DNA of 64,000 nucleotides from NCBI GenBank assembly GCA_036785375.1, contig JAWMAR010000227.1, positions 1,116,001-1,180,000 of the forward strand, written 5' to 3'. Shown piece by piece: positions 26,219 to 38,854 of this stretch; positions within the stretch are counted from its first letter, which is position 1, and each line of letters starts with the position of its first letter. A program made the position numbers and the translations under genes. The stretch is from Leucoraja ocellata (taxonomy: Eukaryota). The notes beneath the pieces were generated by a model. That model saw only the letters and a list, made by a program, of their open reading frames with translations. It did no database searches and was not told where the DNA came from.

Positions 26219-26514
26219 GTAACGCTGGCAGATTTTGGTTCTTGCATGGAGTCTCCATTGAATACCAGGTACATTGGTATATTTAATATCAAACACTTTA
26301 CTAGAATTAGATATTAATAGAATATGCTTTAAATGCTTCTGTTCAATTTGCTGGTTCAAGGAACTGGACCCATGATCAGTAAAATGTGGTTGATTCTTAC
26401 CTGCTTTCCAAAATACTCTTGTCAAACCATTCTCGGCTTTAAAGCTACAGTGAAACCATAAAGGCAGAGAGAGGACCCTATGTCAAGCTAAGCACCAAAT
26501 TTAGATATGGTGGA

Positions 26515-26845
26515 TAGTTTAGTTTAACACAGAAACAGGCCCTTCAGTCGAGTCGTCCCCGATCACCGTGACACTAGCACTATCCTACACAATTTTACCA
26601 AGGTCAATTAACCTACAAACCTGTGTCTTTGGAGTGTGAGAGGAAACCGGAGAAAACCCATAGAGAACTACATACAGACAGCACCCATAGTCGGGTCTGA
26701 AGAAGGTTTTCGGCCCGAAACGTTGCCTATCTCCATAGATGCTGCTGCACTCGCTGAGTTTCTCCAGCATTTTTGTGTACCCAGGATCGAACATGGGTCT
26801 CTGCAGCTGTAAGGCAGCAACTTTACACAACGCCACCTTGCTGCC
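26515..26845 (-). mobile_element. V-SINE interrupted by a Penelope pLTR/hammerhead fragment (26693-26781, +)
   Basis: SINE consensus cacccgtagtc|caggatcgaac is split by gggtctgaagaagg...ttttgtgtacc. Confidence 0.75.
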
Positions 26846-27457
26846 CTAGATGACGTCTCAAACATCTAAAGGTACTGAAGTTCGACAGAGGATGAACCAA
26901 CTGAGGCCAAGTGAGCAATAGCCTGAAAGTTGTCCTCTACCATAACCTTATAGTTGGCATATTGCGATTATCCATTAGTCGGGTTTTTGTCCCAACAGCA
27001 AGATACTACCGCGGGTAGATGGGGTTGACCTTCAGACATTAATGCCAGACATAATTGCGATTGGCATCGTCAAACAATGGCAAGGAAACCTGATTGGCCC
27101 TCAGCTACTGAATATTAATGAACTCTTGGGAGGAGACTGATAGTATCTAGGCCCAGAATGTGGAGAGTTCATTGTCCATCAAGGTTGACGATAGAATCTC
27201 CATTCAGCCAGTTGAGTCCAATGGATGTGGCAACCAGATTTGATATTTGGATAGAGGATACATGCAGATAAACTGGTGACTCTCCTCTATCTACCTGACA
27301 GAATTCCTTTTGATTATCCATTCTTAAAGATTTCTATGCCATTGCCTGGTGGTATAATTGTGTTTTAGACTTTAGAAATACAGCTCGGATACAGACACTT
27401 CATCCCACCAAGTCCACGCTGTACAGCGATCACCCTGTACACTAGCACTATCCTACA

Positions 27458-28077
27458 GCGCTGGGACACCATCACAGAGCGGGCGATGCCTTACCTGGGT
27501 CGCCGTGCGGTAAGCTCCGGAGTGCTGTAACCGCCAACTCCAACATCTGAGGAGCTGTGGCTGTGGGTGTCCAGCCGCAGGTGGCGCTGGATTTAAAACA
27601 CCGCGGAGCGTGGGATCTCTCGCCGAGATCGCCGGAGTCGGAGCTCTGACCAGTGCGGCCTGAGGACTTCGGGAGCCACGGTCTCCGGGGAGGAAGCGGG
27701 AGTTCCAGACATTCCAAGCCGCTGAGGAGTGTTCACCCGACGCCGGAGTTCCATCTTCCTGGCAAGAGGGCCTATAATATCGGGCTGCCGTTGCGGCGGC
27801 TGGCTGCGGAGGCCTCAAGTAGGCCCTGACCTCGGGTGGACTACGAGGAGGAGGAGGACTGGACTTTTTGGTGCCTTCCCTCACAGTGGAAAGTGTTGAT
27901 TCTGCTGTGGGGGGGGGGGGGGTTCATGTTGAATCCTATAGTGTATTGTATCTTTATTTTTTATTTTTTTTATATGGATGTATGATAATCTAATTTCTTC
28001 TCTGTAAAGCACTTGGGCTTCAATGTGATTTGATTTAAAAGTGCTATATAAATAAAAATTACGTACTTTACTACTTA
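27458..28077 (+). mobile_element. GC-rich non-autonomous retroelement with L2-type tail, inserted in a V-SINE
   Basis: CpG-rich body and tail tgtaaagcact...aaaagtgctatataaataaaatt. The host SINE is split at ctatcctaca|cacactagggacaat. Confidence 0.65.
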
Positions 28078-28574
28078 CACACACTAGGGACAATTTTCAA
28101 TTTTACCAAAACCAATTAACCTACTAACTGTCTTTGGAGTGCAAGAGGAAACACCCGGAGAAAACCCGTGTGGTCACATGGAGAATGATTTTCAGACAGC
28201 ACCCGTAGTCAGGATTGATTCCAGGTCTCTGATGCAACTGTGCTGCTGTGCCACTGTGCTCTTGAGAATGGCTGCTCGACTGGCTATTCATTCGGCACAA
28301 TGGATCATAAGCAGCTGATCTACACACTCTGCACACCATCACAAATTGCTCCCTGATCTCCCTCTTCTATCAAATAGTGATGGAAGATATAACTGTCTAT
28401 TCTATTGCATAGCACTTAATAACTTGCTTGTTCTGTATTGCTGCTACTGTTTGGCTCCATACATTATCACAACCTTGGTCTAAATTGGAGCAGAACTGAT
28501 TTCCAGAGGTAAGGGTGACTGGTTCTTTTGTTGCTAAATCTTGTCTTTCCTTCAGCATTGGGTACATCTTCATC

Positions 28575-30116
28575 AGCTGCTGCAGTCCTGTGCAGACCAA
28601 CTGGCTGGGGTTTTTATGGACATTTTCAACCTCTCACTTCTGAGGTCTGAGGTTCCCACCTGCTTTAAAAGGGCATCAATAATAGCGGTGCCCAAGAAGA
28701 GTAAGGTGACGTGCCTCAATGACTATCGACCAGTGGCACTAACGTCTGTGGTGATGAAGTGCTTTCAGAGGCTGATCATGGCGCAAATCAACTCGTACCT
28801 CGACAAAAACCTGGACCCACTGCAGTTCGCTGACTGCCACAACAGATCAACGGTGGATGCGATCTCACTGGCTCTCCACTCCTCTCTGGACCACTTGGAC
28901 AACAAAAACCCATATGTCAGGCTGTTATTCATTGACTACAGCTCGGCATTTAATACAATCATCCCCTCCAAGCTGGTTACCAAGCTCTCAGATCTGGGTC
29001 TCTGCTCATCCCTCTGCAATTAGATCCTCGACTTCCTCATTCACAGACCAGTCTGTCCGTATTGGTGGAAATGTGTCATCCTCGATAACAATCAGCACGG
29101 AGCACCTCAAGGCTGCGTGCTCAGCCCCCTACTGTACTCTATACTCATGACTGCGTTGTCAGACTTAGTGCGAACTCCAGGTTTGCCGACCATACCACTG
29201 TTGTGGGACAAATCACTGATGGGGATGAGTCGGAGTATAGAAGTGAGATCGGGCAACTGTCCATATGGTGCCAGCACAATAACCTGGCTTTCAACACCAT
29301 CAAAACCAAGGAACTGATTGTTGAAGGGGTAGGATGGGGAACCAGAGTCCCGTTTATATCAACGGGTCGATGGTGGAAAGGGTCAAGAACTTCAAATTCC
29401 TGGGCGTGCATATACCCGAAGATCTCTTCTGATCCCAGAACACTGATGCAATCATAAAGAAAGCACATCAGCGCCTCTACTTCCTGAGAAGATTACGGAG
29501 AGTCGGTTTGTCAAGGAGGACTCTCTCAAACTTCTACAGGTGCACAGTAGAGACTATGCTGACCAGTTGCATCGTGGCTTGGTACGGCAACCTGAGCGTC
29601 CAGGAGCAGAAAAGGCTGCAAAAAAGTTGTAAACACTGCCCAGTCCATCATCGGCTTTGACCTCCCTTCCATCGAGGGGATCTATCACAGTGGCTGCCTC
29701 AAAGGCTGCCAGCATCATCAAGGACCCACACCATCCTGGCCACACACTCATCTCTCCGCTGCCATCAGATGAAATCTGCAACATCCAGGTTCAGGAACAG
29801 CTGCTTCCCCACAGCCATCAAACACAACTTCAAACAAACTCTGAACTATAATAGCCTATTGCACTTTATCTGTTTATTTATGTGTGTGTGTATATGTATA
29901 TGTGTGAGTATGTGTGTGTAAATATGCAAGTGTGTAAATATGCAAGTGTGTAAATATGTAAGTGTGTAAACATGTAAGTGTGTAACTATGTTCTATGGTA
30001 TATGGACACACTGATCTGATCTGTATTTATGCCTACAATATTCTGTTGTGCTGAAGCAAGCAAGAATTTCATTGTCCTATCTGGGACACATGACAATAAA
30101 CTCTCTTGAGTTGACT
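28575..30116 (+). mobile_element. Rex1/Babar LINE, 5'-truncated, decayed RT
   Basis: [21 protein letters not shown]...[19 protein letters not shown] and [16 protein letters not shown] motifs; tail gacacatgacaataaactctcttgagttgac. The 3' UTR contains TG and 16-bp tandem repeats. Confidence 0.92.
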
Positions 30117-32318
30117 TTAGGTGAAGATGGTAAATGTTGGCCTTTTAGGCCACGCCCCATATCTTGGAAAAATGAATTTGGCTGTAAGTGGCTAAGGACA
30201 AAGAATAATGAAGCAAGCTGGTGACTGACTTCTATCAAGCCTTGCTAAATTACTTTTTGGATTGGGTGGTTATTTTTCATGGTTTTTGATTTTTAAACTA
30301 AAATAGTCTACAAAAACAAAATGTATCTCTCCTTCCTCATCCATAAATGTCAGTAATTTTAGTTGTTAAAATTATCGGTAGGTTAGCAAATAGTTTGTGT
30401 TCATGGTTACCCTTTAAAACCAAATAATCAGGCTTGGAGCCTGTACTGGGGAGTGGAGAATGTAAATGCCTCCCAATTGGGCATTGTTAAACAAGCACAA
30501 TCAACAGTAGAAAACTAGTATATCATGCACATATCATTCTGATTACAGTTTCAGTCAAGTGCAATCTGACTTAAGTGTGCACATTTTAATTTCAGCTGCC
30601 ATGACTCATGCTGAGGAATTTGGGTATTCAAATGCAACATTTCTCCCCCTGTTCCCACTCTTTCATTCTGAAGGGTTTCATCTTGAAATGTCACGTATTC
30701 CTTTTCTCCAGAGGTACTGACCTGACCATTTTTGTCTAATTTAATTGTAAACTAGCATCTGCAGTTCCTTCCTATTAATAAGCTCAATACAGCTAACTTC
30801 TCTCTTTAGAATTATTTGCTTGGTTCACATCAGGTGATGCATACTAGTCCTCTTTGTCTCATTAACTTTGTGTGAATTAAACTTGACACCTAATTTGGAG
30901 GGTTTTTATGTTCCCTCGGCCTGTAGTTAACTCTTGGCCTACTTGTTGGATTTAAAAGGACAAGGCTGAATATAAACTAAAGTAATTTTAACAGCTAAGG
31001 ATACTGAAGTTTGTGGTAGGAAGGAGGGAGGTTTGGCTTTGTAAACTCTTTTGGGGAAGCTAATTTAAAACTTAAAATGTTTACACTGGCCATTAGCACA
31101 AGCCAAATTATAAAGGTCAAAGTACAAAAATGGAATTAAATTGAAAGATGCATCATGGAAACTGGTTATGTAGCCTGCCGACCAACAATAAATAGTCCAT
31201 TCACACCAGTTCTATAATATTCCACTTTATCCTCCACTCCCAGCACACTGGCAGCAATTGGATGTCAGTTAACCGACAAATCTACATTTTTGGGGGATGT
31301 GCGAAGAAACTCATAGCCTCAGGAAGATTATGTAAATCTTGATCTTTGGTACATAGCCAGTGGCTCTAACAGGTATTTATTTGTTTTTTTTGTAACTGCC
31401 ATCTATTTTGTATAAAGATTGAGGCCAACTGGAAAAGTGCCCTTTTGCCATTCCAAACTATTTGGGGTTTTCAATTTTAGTTTGAAAATGATAACATTTG
31501 TCTTTTGCCCTCTTTCCTTGGGGGGGGGGGGGGATAAAATGAATTATTGCTCTTGTTTTCCCCCTAGTTTTAGAGGATTCTAAAACTAGAGGGCCTAGGC
31601 TTAAGGTGAGGCAGAAGAGGTTTAAGAGGATCTCGAAGGCAACCTTTTGACTTGGCAGGGGCTGCCAGAGGAAGTTATAGTAGCAGATACCATTATGGCT
31701 TTAAAATGCATATGGACAGGTTTGGAAGGGTTTTAAGGGCAATAGGACTAGCTCAGCATGCCAACCAAGCAACAAATGCTGCGTGCTGAAATGTCTATGC
31801 TACTGAACTGCATGTGGTCACCTGACTGGATTATTGTTCACGTTTTCCACTCAGCGGATTGTTGGGTACATTTTGTCTGGATAAAGAGTGAAATGTACCT
31901 TTTTAAGCCAAGGTTTTATTGGCTTTGAATTGTTTGAACCTTTTTGGGTATGAGAAGGAATTGTTGAAATAAGTGTAATGGTGAAATGTAGCATTAATGT
32001 CAAATCAACGAGGTAATGTCAAAACATTTCGGCATTGGCACCTTATGAAATATTAAACTGCCAAATTTGTGCTTTGAACATAATAAATTTTATTTGGGGA
32101 CATCTAATAATAGAAACTCTAACAGCATAACAACTGGTCCTTTGGCCCACAATGTCCATGCTGAACATGATGCAAGTTAAATTAATCTCCCCTGCCCACA
32201 CATGACCCATATTTCTCCATTCCCTGCATATCCATGTTCCCATCTTAAAGCTGCTTAAATTGTACCTTCCTCCACTACCAGCCCTAGCAGCATGTTCCAG
32301 GCACCCACCACCCTATGT

Positions 32319-32552
32319 GAGTGGTGAATCTCTGGAACTCTCTGCCGCAGAGGGTAGTCGAGGCCAGTTCATTGGCTATATTTAAGAGGGAGTTAGATGT
32401 GGCCCTTGTGGCTAAGGGGATCAGGGGGTATGGAGAGAAGGCAGGTACGGGATACTGAGTTGGATGATCAGCCATGATCATATTGAATGGCGGTGCAGGC
32501 TCGAAGGGCCGAATGGCCTACTCCTGCACCCAGTTTCTATGTTTCTATGTTT
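32319..32552 (+). mobile_element. Short young CR1 3' end
   Basis: Near-identical to other young copies; flanking direct repeat ctatgt at 32313-32318 and 32553-32558. Confidence 0.88.
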
Positions 32553-33302
32553 CTATGTAATTCTCATTTGCTTGGGATAGCTGCTGTAGCTTTAAGATAT
32601 AGCTCACTTGGTATTTTCATGCACAGTGTTTAATGTGTATTATTTTGGGGATAAGAGTTTAAATGTTCTCCCTTGAAAAAGTTACTTTTATAACTACTAA
32701 ACCAGGTTCGCTTCTTAATAAACAGACACCACACAAACTGTTTGGTAGACCAGTTCAAAACTTTACTTAACATCGGCCGATGGAAGGGAGCGAGTATTCC
32801 AGCTAAGTGACCAATATAGACACTCAACTGTCCTCGGTCCCCTTCTGTGAACAACAGAATTACATTGCCTTAAATAGGGTTTTTTTGTCCCCTTAGCACA
32901 TTCCACAGACATTAGTCATGGTCAGAGGTACAGGGAAAGGTTTCCACAGAATGCATCACATCAAAGGCATTTTGTTTACATGGTACAAGATATACTAAAA
33001 ACATTGGCCATTTGTTTTGGGTCATTTTATCTCCAAAGAGATCACCCTAGCTCTTTTCGCTGCTTCCTCTCTGTCAGTTGGTCCCTCATAAACATTGGCC
33101 ATTTGGGTTCCGACATCTTACATCAAAGAGATCTCTCTAGCTTCTCCTCTCTGCTTGTCACTTGGGAGACAAAGTTATAGGATTTATTATCTCACACACC
33201 GTAACCCGAGGCAAACCTAATTTGACACTAAATATAAGCTGTAAGCTAGCCCAGAAGCCAATTTAATATCTTCTTATATTTTTAACTAAAATTTGGCTTA
33301 AT

Positions 33303-33492
33303 CACCTGTGAGGAGTTTGTATGTTCTCAGTGTGACCACATGGGTTTTTTTCCCCATTGTGCTCCGGTTTCCTCCCACACCCCAAAGATGTGTAGATTTG
33401 TGGATTAATTGATTTCTGTAAATCGTGCACAGATGATAGATGGTCGGCGTAGGCTAGAAGGCCTGTTTTTGTGCTGTATCTCAAAACTAAAC
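33303..33492 (+). mobile_element. V-SINE fragment ending 18 nt before the MXRA7 acceptor
   Basis: ggagtttgtatgttctc...aaggcctgtttttgtgctgtatctcaaaactaaac tail directly abuts the polypyrimidine tract. Confidence 0.75.
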
Positions 33493-33510
33493 TTTTTTTT
33501 TGTCTTGCAG

Positions 33511-33601
33511 ATGACCTAGTTGATGAGTACCGTCCTGGCAAGATTCGACACAGCAGCTATGAAAAAACATTGACTAAAGATCAACTGGAGGAAGAACAGC
33601 G
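33511..33601 (+). CDS. MXRA7: MXRA7 conserved internal exon (DDLVDEYRPGKIRHSSYEKTLTKDQLEEEQR)
   Basis: Poly-T tract plus ttgcAG acceptor; GTACGT donor at 33602. The translation matches the recalled MXRA7 motif YSPGKLRGNQYKKMMTKEELEEEQR. Ends in phase 2. Confidence 0.93.
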
Positions 33602-34699
33602 GTACGTCAACTGAGCAAATTCAGATTTCATATCAAATGTAAACACTTCGCCTCCTCAAAAGAAAAGTTAAAATACTGAACTTGGAAAGTTTTCTTTCCA
33701 TTGTGCAAAGTTAAATATTTAAAAGCAGTTGATGGGCAAGACTGCATTGCAAGAGCTAAACCATACTGAGAAATGAACAAAGCTAGAATGTCATTCACTT
33801 GATTAATTTGTTTTTCCACCTTTTTTAGAATGAATGGCATGAATACGTTGGGTAGTGTATAGAAAGTTAAAGTAAAATTGGTTCTTGCGTGTATATCATT
33901 GCATTTTAGTTATGTTCTGTAAATTATACTTGCTGAATTTGATTTTGCCTTGATTTGTGGAACTGAACTGCTGAAAGCACAGAGTAGATTTGAGATGTTT
34001 CCATGCTTTTTGGGATTTTCTGCAACTTGATATAGGATAGAGTTTGGAGTCTGTTAAATATCGAAGCCACATGCAATGTCTTTCCTCTAAGGTATTTCAG
34101 TTGGCCATGGATTTGATGGAGCATTTGGGTGAATGTGGTGATCTTTATAGAAAAGTTCTTGTTCTTTTCTATACAATGAATGGATTACCCAATCAATTCA
34201 TTTAATCCGCAATCTTTTCCTTCCAGGGCTCTTGTATTCAATTGCCTTTTATACCATGGACTGGCATAACGATAACATTCATAAATTCAAAGAACAGAAT
34301 TAGGACATTTGGCCTATCAAAGTCTACAGTGCCATTCAGTCATGGCTTATCTATCTTTCCCCCTCAACCCCAATCTCCTTGCTTCTCCCTATAACCCTTG
34401 ACACCCGTACTAATCAAGAATCTGTCAATCTGCGCCTTAAATATCCATTGACTCCTTCCAGAGCAATCTGTGGCAAAATTGCTTTGTTATAAATGTACAG
34501 TAATTTATGGAATAGGTTAAACATCCTGAATAAACTCTACAGATAAACATGCAGAATAGAGGGAGAAAGTGAATTATATAATTTCATATGCAGTGCAAGT
34601 ATTCGGTCCCTTTCTAAACTGATATGGTGCTTCCAAAAGCTTATGTACAACATGAAAGGTGTAACCTGTTGCGATGCAGTTGCTGGGACCTCAAATTAC

Positions 34700-35148
34700 A
34701 GGGCCCGTCCCACTTGCATGCGATTGCATGCGTTTGGCTCGACCAAACGTGGTCACTTGAGGCGTGTGGGCCCGGAGTTAGAAGAGCAGAGTTGGGCGGG
34801 GCTGGTCCCGACATCGCGCGGGGCTCTGAAAATCTGACAGTATCCGAAATCTTCGCGCATCAACGGCCTGTGGGCACGCAGGCGTATTGCGGTCGTACGC
34901 AGCATCTTGACGATCTTGACGGCGTACGCCTAGCGCGTGGCATTGCGCGATGATGTCACCACCCGGCGTGGCATTGCGTGATGACGTCACTGTCCGACGC
35001 CCTGTGACGCCCTAATTCAGTCGGCCAGCTGATTGGTGAGTATGACGCAAATGACGTTACGCGCGAACTTAGCACGTACTTCGCGTGAACTTTTCTTCCG
35101 TTTGGTCGTGCCAAACGCATTCAATCGCATGCAAGTGGGACAGGCTCT
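34700..35148. mobile_element. PIF/Harbinger-like MITE
   Basis: About 50-bp imperfect TIR agggcccgtcccacttgcatgcgattg...ccaaacg; 3-bp TSD tac at 34697-34699 and 35149-35151; CpG-rich. Confidence 0.82.
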
Positions 35149-35432
35149 TACCTCTTTTTTTCTTTTTTTAAATTTTATTTTATTATTTATTTCAAACAAA
35201 ATAAAAGAATAAAAAGCAAGTGGGAAACAGCATACAAAAAACAAAACAAAAATATTTATAAAGTGTCATAAACAATATATAACAACTATATAATATCTAT
35301 AAATTCAATTATCATTCAATTATTTGTTCTGACTCTTCCAATCTTGCATGTATTCAAAGCCCAATATCCCTGTTCTTGGTGTTGATATGCGCCCCAAATG
35401 CAAACAACCAATTACCAATCCAATTACCACCG

Positions 35433-35760
35433 TCAATTGGTGGAACAGCATCTCATATTCCGCTTGGGCAGTCTGCACCCTAGTGGTATAAACATTGAAT
35501 TCTCCCATTTCCGGTAGCCCTTGCTGTCTCCTCCCCTTCTCAGCTTTCCCTCAGCCCTCGGGCTCCTCCTCTTCCTTTTTCCTTCCCCCCACCCCCCCCC
35601 CCCCCCCCCTCCTCCCTCCTCCTCTCCATCAGTCTGAAGGGTTTCGGACTGAAACATTGCCTATTTCCTTCGCTCCATAGATGCTGCTGCACCCGCTGAG
35701 TTTCTCCAGCATTTTTGTCTACCCTCGATTTTCCAGCATCTGCAGTTCCTTCTGAAACAA
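35433..35760 (+). mobile_element. Penelope-like 3' fragment
   Basis: LVEQHLIFRLGSLHPSGINIEFSHFR* followed by a C-rich tract, a degenerate hammerhead and the pLTR. Confidence 0.85.
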
Positions 35761-37106
35761 ACAACTTAAAGCATCCAAATGGTTCAATGTACACTATATA
35801 CAGCCCAATTATCTTGCATGAGCTCCATTTTAGTTGATGTTTGAGTGCTCTTCATAGTGCTTGTTTTGGTGATGCTTCACTGCACCACTGTCAACTAACG
35901 ATCACTCCGTACACCAGTACTGTCCTACATGCGAGAGGTAATTAACAATGTTTTAACAAAGCCAATTAACCTACACACCTGTACATCTTTGGAGTATCTT
36001 GCGTGGTACTGTTCTTTGTTCTAATTCAAAGTTGTATTTGAGTTGACCTGATTTCCTACTAGTTTTTTTTTTCTTTTAATGCCAGCAAATTGACTTATTT
36101 TGTCATGTTGAAGTAGTTGTGGACTTTTTTCTGTTTGGTTTGGTCTCATATATACTTTGAGCAAACAGCAGGGATTTCTGTGCAGGACAGAGGTTTAACC
36201 AATTTGGTGTTGACCAACTTTGGATTTCAAGCTTAAATACTGGGGGTCGCATTTGAAGACTAGACTTGAATAAACCAAGCTTGCTCTGGGGATGGACTGT
36301 TTATAAAATCTGTAGGAAGCTTTGTATAATTTGGGCAGCTCGCATTGCAACGGGGAAAGTATCATGTTGACTCTGATTTCTCTGAAGAGCTAATGTTTCG
36401 AAATGCTCTTTTTTTTTGTGGCATTGAAATAAACACTTAATTAAATTGCTTATGCAATTTGGATGTTCTAATCGGCACCACTGCAATTGGAACTTATAAT
36501 AATGGAATTAAGAGTTTACTGGAATTTCAAATTGTAATTTAAACTCCACCCCTTGGTTCAACTGTTTCAGCAACATGATCAAAATATACTTTATGTAAGC
36601 AATTGGAGTAAAATGTTGAACTCAAATTTTCATTGCTAGATTGGCAATTTATACGCGCATTGATATGCAGGGACTGCAGGGGTAGGGGTCATGTGTAAGC
36701 AGAGGAGGTTAGATTACCTTGGTATTGTTCGGCACAGACACTGCCTGTTCCTGTGCTCTCCTGTTCACTGTTCTAGCAGCCAGTTAACATTTTCAGTGGC
36801 AGCATTGATTCAATAATTTTTGAGTGGGAATTATCTTCTGCCTTGACCTGCCCTGTTTCTTGGCCCTGTCCCAATGCTGCCCAATCTAGAGTTTGTTGTG
36901 TCTAGCGGAAATGAATGGAGATCAAATGAGCTAATTTGTTTGAAATGCATTTGGAGAGCATTTAGAACTTCCTGGTAGGGTGGAGGCGGTGGTAGTGGGT
37001 GGCTATTTGCTTGGGTAGAAGGTTACTGGGAGATGTAGGAAGCAATGTTTGAGGTTGCAATTAGGCCATTGAATGACGGAGCAGGCATGAGAGGTTGAAT
37101 GACTTG

Positions 37107-37390
37107 GGTGACACAGTGGAGGAGCTGTAGAGTTTCCCCCTTGCAGCACCAGAGACCTGGCTATCAATGCTGACTACAGGTGCTGTCTTTATGGAGTTTG
37201 TTTGTTCTCCCTGTGACTGTTTTCTCCAGGTGCTCTGGTTTAGTCCCACATTCCAAAGACGTACAGGTTTGTAGGTTAATTGGCTTTGGTAAAATTGTCC
37301 CTAGTGTATTGGATGGTGCTGTTGTGCAGGGATCAAGGTCCAGCACGGACCCGGTGGGCAGAAGGGCCTTTTTCTGCGCTGTAAAGTCTG
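37107..37390 (+). mobile_element. HE1-like V-SINE
   Basis: Head, V domain and tail recognisable. Confidence 0.75.
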
Positions 37391-38854
37391 AAACGCTTGC
37401 TCCAACGTGGCAGATTAGTTTAGTTTTATTGTCACATGTCCAGAGGTACAGTGAAAAGCTTTGTTTTGCATGTTATGCAATAGGATATACCATGCATTAA
37501 TCCATTAAAGTCAAACTCAAGCACGTTTGATCAAGGAGTGGGGGGGGGGGGGGGGGGAATGAGATGCGAAGTACCAAAATAGTTCTCTGCATTATAGCAC
37601 ATCAGTTCTATAGTCACAGTCCGATATCCCCGATGGGGTGGAGGTAAATTGGACGGTGGAAGCTCAGGGGACGGTACATTCGGGGGTTGTGGTGTCAGTG
37701 GAGTGGGCCGCTGGAGACTGCAGCAGTCGGGATCGTGTAGATCGGGTGCTTCAGGGGGCCCCACAGAGGTCAGGCAAGAGTGAGGAACGAACACGGCCTG
37801 GAGCGGCAGAGCACCGGTGAAGGAGGTCGACAACATCACAATGGGCCTTTGCCACCAAGCTAAGACCAACATTTCTAACACCTTTGAACTTGAATGATAC
37901 AAGATGGTGCAGGATATGTGATGGTTCTCGTGTACTGCCCCTATGTAATCTACTTTTCTTATACTTGCTTATCATTTTTTTAATGTATAGTAAGATTTTT
38001 TTTTAGTGAACCATCCAGAAAGGCGTTTGACTGTGCCTAGGTCCCTATGACAATAAAGTACGAGTCAAAGCCTGATGATGGTTCAATTGTTTCCTTATCA
38101 CTTTTACCAGGATACAGTGAAGTACTTTTTTGTATATAGATCAGTAAGACTACCCCACTACAAGAGCATAATTCCTCAGCTAGTACAGAACACTCCACTG
38201 AATCCATAGTCGCCAGTTTTTGGCACCATTTTACAGTCCCAGTTGCAGCTGCCCACAAAGCCCAGTTCTAGACATTGCCTCCATTCCAGTAGTCCCTCTC
38301 CCACACCCACTTCAGGCCTTGTTCCCCGCGGGGCACCTTTCATAGCCAAACTTGAGGGCAGGGAAGTTAAGACCCCTAGTTCTTGTCACCAGGCCTTTTG
38401 TCTAGCGCTAATCTGTCGCTGTTCCCCTCCTGGTCTTCAGAGGCCGGGCGCGGCAATTTCCTTCTCCAGGCGGGTTCCTGGTTCCAAGGCAGGAGAGCGG
38501 GGCCTGTTATTGGGATGTGGACGTGGCTTGCATGGAGAAGAGGCGAAGAAGCTGTTCCTGAGTCTGGTGCACGCTTTCAAACTTCCTTTTTTTCCACCAA
38601 ATGGGAGCAGGGAGAAGGAGGAATGATCAGGAGGGAAAGGTACATGATTATGTTGGCTGCTTTCCTGAGGCAGTGTGAAATGTAGATGGAGTAAAGTTGA
38701 TCAGTATGTGTGACAGACCATGCAATTGAAGGTCTGTGCAGAGTATCCCGGGTAGCAAACAGATTTTGTTACGTAGAAAACAGGCTTAACAATGTCTGTA
38801 CAAACAAAAAGATTCTGTTTGTACACATCCTTAAGCCTGGGAGGGGTGGGGGAG

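Noticed and set aside
26860-27340. Non-repetitive, coding-looking stretch (similar impression at about 42890-43200)
   Set aside because: Stops in the frames examined and no recognisable motifs; cannot be assigned without a database search.
29915-29990. 16-bp tandem repeat (tgcaagtgtgtaaata)
   Set aside because: Ordinary minisatellite expansion in the Rex1 3' UTR.
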